Source: Candidatus Woesearchaeota archaeon (lineage in GTDB: Archaea; Nanobdellota; Nanobdellia; Woesearchaeales; GW2011-AR4). Taken from it: DNA of 32,000 bases. Below are positions 26,203 through 32,000 of this stretch, piece by piece. The stretch is from positions 65,318 through 97,317 of the forward strand of contig JACOUX010000012.1 in the NCBI GenBank assembly GCA_016177615.1, in the 5' to 3' direction. The translations under genes and the position numbers were made by a program. How positions within the stretch are numbered: the stretch's first letter is position 1; every line of letters begins with the position of its first letter. The notes beneath the pieces are model-generated. The model was not told the DNA's origin and ran no database searches. It worked only from the letters and a program-made list of their open reading frames with translations.

Positions 26203-28116
26203 CTATTCCTCAAACATTCCTTCGTTCATCGCTTCCTGCCTTGCGGCCATTATCCAGGGATTAACCTTTCCATTGCCGTTGATTAATTGCTGATTATTTG
26301 CAAGATATTTTGCAACCGCTGTTGTTACAATCAAAACCTTTTTTTCCTTCGTCAGTGCCTCTTTCTGCGGCTTCATGCCTTTCAGCTCTTCCATGATGCT
26401 GTTGTTTTCTATGAATGATGTTGTCACATTGCCCCTTAAGAACTGCCTCTTGCTAAGGGCTGATTGGTGGAAAGGAATTGTTGTCTTGACTCCGTCAATT
26501 ACAAACTCGCCTAATGCCCTTTTCATTCTTGCAACTGCCTCATGCCTTGTGCTTCCCTGGCAGATAAGCAAGGCAACTAAGGAATCAAATTGCGGCAGGA
26601 TTTGGCAGCCGGAATAGCATGAACTGCTTATCCTTATGCCAGGACCGCCTGGGGGAAGGTAATTTACAATTGTGCCTGGAGAAGGTGCAAACTCATTTGA
26701 CGGGTCTTCTGCATTTATTCTGCATTCTATTGCATGGCTGCTCACTTTAATGTCTTCCTGCCTGTAAGCCAGCTTGGCCCCTTCAGCAAGCTTAATCTGC
26801 TCCTTAACAAGATCAATGCCTGTTACCATTTCTGTAACCCCATGCTCAACCTGTATTCTTGTATTCATCTCGATAAAAAAGAAATTTCTGTTTTTGTCAA
26901 GCAAAAATTCAACTGTTCCCGCACCTTCATACCCAATTGCCTTGACAGCCTCAACAGCCGCATTCCCCATTCTTTCCCGAAGCTCATTGTCAAGCGCAGG
27001 GCTTGGAGCCTCTTCAACAAGTTTTTGGTGCCTTCTTTGTATGCTGCAGTCCCTTTCCCAAAGATGGATAGCATTGCCATGCCTGTCAGCCAGAATCTGA
27101 AACTCTATGTGCCTCGGCTCTTCGAGGTATCTTTCAATGTATAACGAGCCGTCTCCAAAGGCATTTATTGCCTCGTTATAAGCACTATCGTAAGCATCAA
27201 AAATGTCTTCTTCCTTTGTAATGATCCTCATACCCTTTCCGCCTCCGCCGGCTGATGCCTTTAGCATGACTGGAAACCCGATTCTTCTTGCTATGTCCAA
27301 AGCGTGCTTCCTGCTCCTTAGGTCCTGCCGTAAGCCTTCTATAATAGGGACATTTGCCCTGTCCATTGCATTTTTAGCTTCTACCTTGTCACCTAGCTTT
27401 TCAATCATTTTTGATGAAGGGCCAATAAACTTGATGCCTTTTTTCTCGCATAATCTTGCGAATTTCGGATTTTGGGAGAGAAATCCATAGCCTGGGTGAA
27501 TAGCGTCGCATCCTGCCTCTATGGATATTTTCAGGATTTTTTTAATGTTGAGGTAGTTTTTTGGCTTTCCTATGTTGTATGCCCTGTCTGCAAACTTTAC
27601 AGCCAAGGAATCTTTTTCATCATCTGCATAAATAACAGCGCTTTCGATTCCCAATTCTCTGCATGCCCTTATGACACGCAAAGCTATTTCTCCCCTATTT
27701 GCTATCAGAATTCTCTTAAAGCGGCCATTGCCCGTGGGTTTTTTATCGCTTCTGTTGATTCCAAATCCGTTGGTTAGCGCTTCCAGAAAGGATTTGCCTG
27801 AAGGATGATTTAATATATGGTCAACGTGAGACTCATCAACATGAGGCAGTCTTTTTATGACACTAGTTGTTATAAAGCTGCCAACATCCCAATCCTTGGA
27901 TAAATTGAAAAAGCTCCTGCCGGGATTAACTATATGCTGCCTAAACAGGCTTTCAAAGTATCTGTAAACTACCGGGAACCTTTCCTTTATTTTAATAAAG
28001 GATGCCTTGGAAAGTGAATAAACATGCTCCATAGGCATTAATGACTTATTCAATAGGTCAACAATATATTTCTGCCTTAAAGTAAGCTCAAGGCGCCCTT
28101 TCTTGCTTTTGAGCAT
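26203..28116 (-). CDS. accC: Biotin carboxylase (AccC/PccA-type ATP-grasp) with an uncharacterised 132-aa N-terminal extension and a 67-aa C-terminal tail
   Basis: The core begins at residue 133: FKRILIANRGEIALRVIRACRELGI, MLKASAGGGGKGMRI, EMNTRIQVEHGVTE. No Met or obvious alternative start is seen at the core boundary, so the extension looks genuinely fused. Confidence 0.9.
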   Translation of the reverse strand: MLKSKKGRLELTLRQKYIVDLLNKSLMPMEHVYSLSKASFIKIKERFPVVYRYFESLFRQHIVNPGRSFFNLSKDWDVGSFITTSVIKRLPHVDESHVDHILNHPSGKSFLEALTNGFGINRSDKKPTGNGRFKRILIANRGEIALRVIRACRELGIESAVIYADDEKDSLAVKFADRAYNIGKPKNYLNIKKILKISIEAGCDAIHPGYGFLSQNPKFARLCEKKGIKFIGPSSKMIEKLGDKVEAKNAMDRANVPIIEGLRQDLRSRKHALDIARRIGFPVMLKASAGGGGKGMRIITKEEDIFDAYDSAYNEAINAFGDGSLYIERYLEEPRHIEFQILADRHGNAIHLWERDCSIQRRHQKLVEEAPSPALDNELRERMGNAAVEAVKAIGYEGAGTVEFLLDKNRNFFFIEMNTRIQVEHGVTEMVTGIDLVKEQIKLAEGAKLAYRQEDIKVSSHAIECRINAEDPSNEFAPSPGTIVNYLPPGGPGIRISSSCYSGCQILPQFDSLVALLICQGSTRHEAVARMKRALGEFVIDGVKTTIPFHQSALSKRQFLRGNVTTSFIENNSIMEELKGMKPQKEALTKEKKVLIVTTAVAKYLANNQQLINGNGKVNPWIMAARQEAMNEGMFEE

Positions 28117-28263
28117 AATCCATTATTTTCTTAACTTTTTATAAAGATTGCGCTGATTTTAGTGTAAAAACCATATAATAAAACAGATAGTTTAGAAAAT
28201 CTATATCAGAGACCATTAGAGCAGAAAGGTATTTAAAGCGACAAAAGTTATAAAATCTGCCAA
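28117..28263. promoter_or_regulatory. Divergent promoter region between accC and the FabZ-like/thiolase genes
   Basis: 147-nt AT-rich spacer. TATA-like gtatttaaag at 28229-28238 lies about 30 nt before the ATG at 28264. On the minus strand, the reverse complement of aactttttataaag gives a TATA-like ctttataaaaagtt roughly 20-30 nt before the accC start. Confidence 0.35.
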
Positions 28264-28755
28264 ATGAGCCAATTCAATGAATTAAAAAATAAAGACGGGG
28301 AGATAGACAAAGAAAGGATAAAAAAGATAATTCCCTATAATGAGCATTTCCTTTTTATTGACAAAGTGCTCAGCCTGGAAGGAAATAAAATTGTGGCCAT
28401 AAAAGATCTAAGTGGCAAAGAAGATTTCCTGAAAGGCCATTTTGTGGGGTTTCCGATAATGCCTGGTGCTTTGACTGTTGAAGGCATGGGCCAAGCTGGA
28501 ACTTTGCTTGCGAGGGGCAATATCCCCAACCATAATGAAAAGGACGTTCTTGCTTATAGGCTTAAAGAAGTAAAATTTTCAGCGCCGATTTTCCCGCATG
28601 ATACTATAAGGTTTGAAGTTGAATCGATAGCCCAAGATGAAAGAAGTGCAATAATGCAAGGCAAAGCTTTTGTTAAAGATGCATTAGTTGCAGAAGCCCT
28701 TATGATGCTTGCAATCGTAAACAGGCAAGAGTTTAGGTCAAAGTTTGGAAAGTAG
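28264..28755 (+). CDS. FabZ/FabA-like 3-hydroxyacyl-thioester dehydratase (hotdog fold)
   Basis: IPYNEHFLFIDKVLSLEGNKIVAIKDLSGKEDFLKGHFVGFPIMPGALTVEGMGQ matches the FabZ signature LPHRyPFLLVDRV...NepfFqGHFP..PvmPGVL.iEamAQ, including the catalytic His and Glu. Confidence 0.75.
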   Translation: MSQFNELKNKDGEIDKERIKKIIPYNEHFLFIDKVLSLEGNKIVAIKDLSGKEDFLKGHFVGFPIMPGALTVEGMGQAGTLLARGNIPNHNEKDVLAYRLKEVKFSAPIFPHDTIRFEVESIAQDERSAIMQGKAFVKDALVAEALMMLAIVNRQEFRSKFGK

Positions 28756-28766
28756 CGGTGTTCTTG

Positions 28767-29702
28767 ATGTACATTAAAGGCGTAGGCATGACAAAATTCG
28801 GGGCTCAGCAGGCTCCGAGCCAAGAACTTATTTACGAAGCTGTAAACGAGGCAGTGTATGATGCTGAGTGCAGCTTAGATGACATAGATGCGATAGTAAT
28901 TTCCTCAATAGACTCTGAAAAGAACGGAGAGAGGCAAAGGCTTTTTCCTAATGTGGTGGCTAGCATTTTAAGAAAAAAAGTTCCTATGCTTAACCCTACA
29001 GCCGTTTGCGGTGGCGGAGGAGCCGCAATATGGACTGCAAACCGGCTTGATTATGGCACAATACTTGTTGTTGGGGTAGAGAAGCTCCTGACAACCACTA
29101 CAATGCAGACCACTGATGAGATAATGATGGCTGCTGAAAGGATTTATGAGCAGGCTGAGGGAATGAATTTTCCTGCTGAAAACGCCCTTGTTGCGCAGCA
29201 GTACCTACTTAAATATGGGGCTACAAGCGATGATCTTGCTTTGGTGGCTTACAAGAACCACCAGAATGCCTACAATAATCCAAAGGCTAGGTTTTATAAA
29301 AAAGAAGTTACGTTAAAGCAGATCAAAAGCTCCCCTGTTGTTGCTTCTCCTTTGAGGCTTTTTGACTGCAGCTTGTCTGTCAACGGAGCTGCGGCAGCTA
29401 TAATTACAAAAGAAAAAACGGATATTGAGATAGCCGGCTCCGCATTATGCACCGATAGGCTTTCTGCATTTGAAAGCGAGGACATGACTTCATGGGAAGC
29501 CTCAAGAAAAGCTGCAGAAGATGCCTATAAGCAGGCAGGGATAGGGCCAAAGGATATAAGCATTGCAGAGCTGCATGACGCTTTTACTTCTGTTGAGCTT
29601 ATCTCCTATGAAGACTTGGGTTTTTGCAATAAAGGCGAGGCAAAGAATATGATAAGGAAAGGCATCACCAATATTGATGGGAAGCAAATGTATTTACTGT
29701 AA
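28767..29702 (+). CDS. SCPx-type thiolase paralog A, C-terminally truncated relative to the family (possible pseudogene or recoding site). The track start is a GTG at 28758
   Basis: IKGVGMTKFG, nucleophile context NPTAVCGGGGAAIW, AELHDAFTSVELISYEDLGFCNKGEA. The ORF stops (..NIDGKQMYLL*) just before the expected LPvNtsGG...GHP...GG segment that carries the C-terminal catalytic residues. Confidence 0.7.
   Translation: MYIKGVGMTKFGAQQAPSQELIYEAVNEAVYDAECSLDDIDAIVISSIDSEKNGERQRLFPNVVASILRKKVPMLNPTAVCGGGGAAIWTANRLDYGTILVVGVEKLLTTTTMQTTDEIMMAAERIYEQAEGMNFPAENALVAQQYLLKYGATSDDLALVAYKNHQNAYNNPKARFYKKEVTLKQIKSSPVVASPLRLFDCSLSVNGAAAAIITKEKTDIEIAGSALCTDRLSAFESEDMTSWEASRKAAEDAYKQAGIGPKDISIAELHDAFTSVELISYEDLGFCNKGEAKNMIRKGITNIDGKQMYLL
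29136..29684 (+). repeat. Direct repeat copy 1 (inside thiolase A), offset 2316 nt from copy 2
   Basis: By direct comparison, 29490-29684 matches 31806-32000 at 194 of 195 nt. 29136 to about 29375 matches about 31452-31691 with clustered mismatches. 29376-29489 is strongly divergent. Confidence 0.85.
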
Positions 29703-31071
29703 AGGCAGCATAATAAAGCAGAAGGGCTCAAGATTAAAGGTGATTGGCATAACCAAAGTTACTATTCCATCTCCTATGCATCCTATAATTCCTTATAACA
29801 TCATTCTTCTTGAAGACGAATTTGGCAACAGGTTGCCAAAAAAAACAATGAGGGAGTTTAAAATAGGGGATAACTACATAGAGCAAAAGGCAAAAACTGA
29901 TGAAGCTGTCTCTGTGGTCAAGATAAAATATGATATTTACGAAGCTATCAAAGAGTCTGTTGAGCTTCTTAACAGCTTTAAATTTGATAAAGATGATAAG
30001 ATCCTAATCAAGCCGAGCATCATAGCTGCAGCATACCCGTATCAAACTGTTAACACTAATCCGGATTTCCTGAATGCACTGTTAATTCTTCTTCTCGAGT
30101 ATGGAATAAAAAAAGAGAACATAATTGTTGCAGAACAGGCGTTAATAGGCTCAAATTCAATAGACTCTGCTTCCAAAGCAGGCATAATCGATGTATGCAA
30201 AAGGCACGGAATTGAATTCGCTGATATTTCAAAAGGTCCTTTTGAGGCAGTTGAATTTGATGGTTACCCATTCAAAATTTTCAAGGAAGCGTTGAAGAGA
30301 AAGCTGGTTAATGTTCCTGTAATGAAGACTAATTTTCAGATTGGAATCTCTGGAGCAATGGAGAACCTTTCAAGGCTCGCTGATGAGCAAACTCAAAGAA
30401 AAATGTACTATGATGGCATTACTAAGGCAATTCCAAAGCTGGCAAGGGCCATCAATGCATTTACAATAGCGGATGCAAGCAATGGCATGCAAGGCCAAGG
30501 CCCGCTTTCTTTGGGCGAGCCTGCTTTCCTTAACCTTGTGTTATCTGGCAAGAATGCTGCTGCGCTTGACAAGGTTTTTTGCAACATTGCAATGCTTCAA
30601 GCTCCTTTTTATGTTAATGCAAGCCTGCCGCTTAAAGAAATTGAAGTTGTTGGAAATGAAATAGATTCATTGAAATACCCGATAAAAGCTCCTGTGGCTG
30701 ATGAAACTCCGCATCCTGACATCAAGGTTATTGACGGCAAAGCCTGCCCTGCATGCCTGAACCTGATGTATGGGCTTACATCAAGGCTTGTAGGGTTAAG
30801 GGGGGAGCAGATGAGCATAGTAATAGGCTCAATGATTACAGAAGATGTTTTGAAAGGCAAAGATAGGGTAATTGCGCTTGGCGATTGCTCTATAAGAAAA
30901 CTGCAGGAGTTGAAGTTGGATAATATTGAGAAAATAAATGAAGATATGGACCATGTTGAGCAGCTTGTTCTGCTTAAGAAGCTCCTGACAACCAAAGGAG
31001 TGCCAAAGATTAGCTCCATAGACAAGGTTAAGTCAAAAATGCAGATGCTTCTTTCGAAGGTGGTTCGCTGA
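29677..31071 (+). CDS. Fusion protein: DUF35-like (half zinc knuckle plus OB fold) N-terminus joined to a DUF362 domain with a Cys-containing C-terminal extension
   Basis: KCIYCKGS...LKVIGITKVTIPSPMHPIIPYNIILLEDEFGNRLPKK...FKIGDNY fits the DUF35 second knuckle plus OB barrel. ILIKPS, TNPDFLNALLILLLEYG, NVPVMKTNFQIGISGAMENL, TIADASNGMQGQGPLSLGEP and LVLSGKNAAALDKVFCNIAML fit the DUF362 pattern. The start region overlaps the thiolase A 3' end in another frame. Confidence 0.65.
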   Translation: MGSKCIYCKGSIIKQKGSRLKVIGITKVTIPSPMHPIIPYNIILLEDEFGNRLPKKTMREFKIGDNYIEQKAKTDEAVSVVKIKYDIYEAIKESVELLNSFKFDKDDKILIKPSIIAAAYPYQTVNTNPDFLNALLILLLEYGIKKENIIVAEQALIGSNSIDSASKAGIIDVCKRHGIEFADISKGPFEAVEFDGYPFKIFKEALKRKLVNVPVMKTNFQIGISGAMENLSRLADEQTQRKMYYDGITKAIPKLARAINAFTIADASNGMQGQGPLSLGEPAFLNLVLSGKNAAALDKVFCNIAMLQAPFYVNASLPLKEIEVVGNEIDSLKYPIKAPVADETPHPDIKVIDGKACPACLNLMYGLTSRLVGLRGEQMSIVIGSMITEDVLKGKDRVIALGDCSIRKLQELKLDNIEKINEDMDHVEQLVLLKKLLTTKGVPKISSIDKVKSKMQMLLSKVVR

Positions 31072-32000
31072 TGTTCATCAAAGGAGTTGGCATGACAAAA
31101 TTTGGAATGCAGGATGATAAAAGTCCTCATATGGTTTATGAATCAGTTATGGAAGCGCTTGATGATTCTGAGATATCCATGAACGATATAGATGCTGTTG
31201 TAATATCAAACAATGATATATTAAGCAATGGAGAGAGGCAAAGGCACAGCGCATCAATGGTAAGCAGCATGTTTCAGAAAAAGATGCCGATAATAGCTGT
31301 GCCGGCAGGATGTGCAGGCGGTGGAACAGCGCTTTGGGCTGCGGCCAATATCCAAAAGTCTGAAAATTACAGAAATATGCTTGTTATTGGATATGAAAAG
31401 ATGGTTTCAAACCTAAGCAAAAGAGTAACAGATGAGATGCTTATGGGAACAGAAAGGATTTATGAGCAGGCTGAGGGAATGAATTTTCCTGCTGAAAACG
31501 CCCTTGTTGCGCAGCAATACATGCTCAGATATGGGGCTACAAGCGATGATCTTGCTTTGGTGGCTTACAAGAACCACCAGAATGCCTACAACAATCCAAA
31601 GGCTAGGTTTTATAAGAAACAAGTTTCAATTGACGACATCAAAAGCTCCCCTGTTGTTGCTTCTCCGCTAAAGCTTTTTGACTGCAGCATTCCGGCTAAT
31701 GGTGCTGCGGCACTTGTATTGTCCAAAGACCCTAGCGATGTTGAATTAGTTGCTTCTGCATCGGAAAGCGATTACCTTGCACCTTTTGAACGGGACGACC
31801 TTATTTCATGGGAAGCCTCAAGAAAAGCTGCAGAAGATGCCTATAAGCAGGCAGGGATATGGCCAAAGGATATAAGCATTGCAGAGCTGCATGACGCTTT
31901 TACTTCTGTTGAGCTTATCTCCTATGAAGACTTGGGTTTTTGCAATAAAGGCGAGGCAAAGAATATGATAAGGAAAGGCATCACCAATATTGATGGGAAG
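31071..32000 (+). CDS. SCPx-type thiolase paralog B, 3'-partial (runs off the window; not in the supplied ORF track)
   Basis: My translation from the ATG at 31071 (overlapping the upstream TGA by 1 nt) gives 310 open codons: MFIKGVGMTKFGMQDDK...PAGCAGGGTALW...AELHDAFTSVELISYEDLGFCNKGEAKNMIRKGITNIDGK. Confidence 0.8.
   Translation, partial: MFIKGVGMTKFGMQDDKSPHMVYESVMEALDDSEISMNDIDAVVISNNDILSNGERQRHSASMVSSMFQKKMPIIAVPAGCAGGGTALWAAANIQKSENYRNMLVIGYEKMVSNLSKRVTDEMLMGTERIYEQAEGMNFPAENALVAQQYMLRYGATSDDLALVAYKNHQNAYNNPKARFYKKQVSIDDIKSSPVVASPLKLFDCSIPANGAAALVLSKDPSDVELVASASESDYLAPFERDDLISWEASRKAAEDAYKQAGIWPKDISIAELHDAFTSVELISYEDLGFCNKGEAKNMIRKGITNIDGK
31452..32000 (+). repeat. Direct repeat copy 2 (inside thiolase B); identity still running at the window edge
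   Basis: Same comparison as copy 1. The single difference in the distal block is g/t in gggata[g/t]ggcc (Gly versus Trp). Confidence 0.85.

Noticed and set aside
19876-28116. Possibility that the biotin enzymes form a pyruvate carboxylase (PycA/PycB), as in many archaea
   Set aside because: The carboxyltransferase partner is of the acyl-CoA (PccB/12S, crotonase-like) type, not the PycB TIM-barrel type. An acyl-CoA carboxylase, or possibly a decarboxylase, is therefore the better call.
29655-29702. Programmed ribosomal frameshift fusing thiolase A to the DUF35-DUF362 ORF
   Set aside because: No slippery heptamer or obvious stimulatory structure was seen by eye, and a deletion scar or assembly issue is simpler. 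It is kept only as an alternative in the junction finding.
30609-31130. 173-aa minus-strand ORF opposite the DUF362 C-terminus and the thiolase B start
   Set aside because: It is antisense to two motif-supported genes, with a Ser/Leu/Phe-rich composition.
1-32000. Search for CRISPR arrays, tRNA/rRNA genes, IS elements or transposases
   Set aside because: No regularly spaced short direct repeats were seen. All intergenic spacers are under 200 nt and AT-rich, without cloverleaf-like GC-rich segments. The only mobile-element signature is the intein homing endonuclease.

Overview
Gene-dense, moderately AT-rich chromosomal segment that is clearly archaeal: it carries Trm1, a DRG-type GTPase, split transketolase, a TrmB regulator, zinc-ribbon aMBF1 and RadB, with TATA-like boxes about 25-30 nt before start codons and oligo-T tracts after stops. 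An uncultivated small-genome lineage is only my inference. All functional calls come from reading the ORF translations against remembered family motifs; no database search was possible. Left part (1-8.0 kb): housekeeping genes, an AT-rich NucS-like PD-(D/E)XK nuclease gene, and a minus-strand pentose-phosphate operon (tktN-tktC-eamA-like-orf78-cas4-like-tal) behind a TrmB regulator. That operon contains a two-gene, membrane-anchored Cas4-like nuclease. Middle (8.2-19.8 kb): acetyl-CoA synthetase interrupted by a 462-aa LAGLIDADG intein exactly inside the YTSG(S/T)TGKPKG AMP-binding loop; YjbQ; MBF1; a seven-gene minus-strand envelope operon (Yip1-like, CPLC thioredoxin-like, Cys-less DsbA-like, two processive GT2 synthases, a GT-C enzyme, a small Cys-rich ORF); RadB. 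Right 12 kb (19.9-32.0 kb) is the best candidate for an undescribed system. It holds a complete biotin-dependent acyl-CoA carboxylase (carboxyltransferase, BCCP, biotin carboxylase with a novel 132-aa N-terminal extension), its own biotin supply (8-TM BioY, ECF ATPase and T components, BirA), a YbgC-type thioesterase, a bacterial-type FabZ-like dehydratase, two mosaic tandem SCPx-type thiolase paralogs, and a DUF35-like OB domain fused to DUF362. The second thiolase (31071->32000) is absent from the ORF track because it runs off the window. No CRISPR array, tRNA, rRNA or transposase was recognised.
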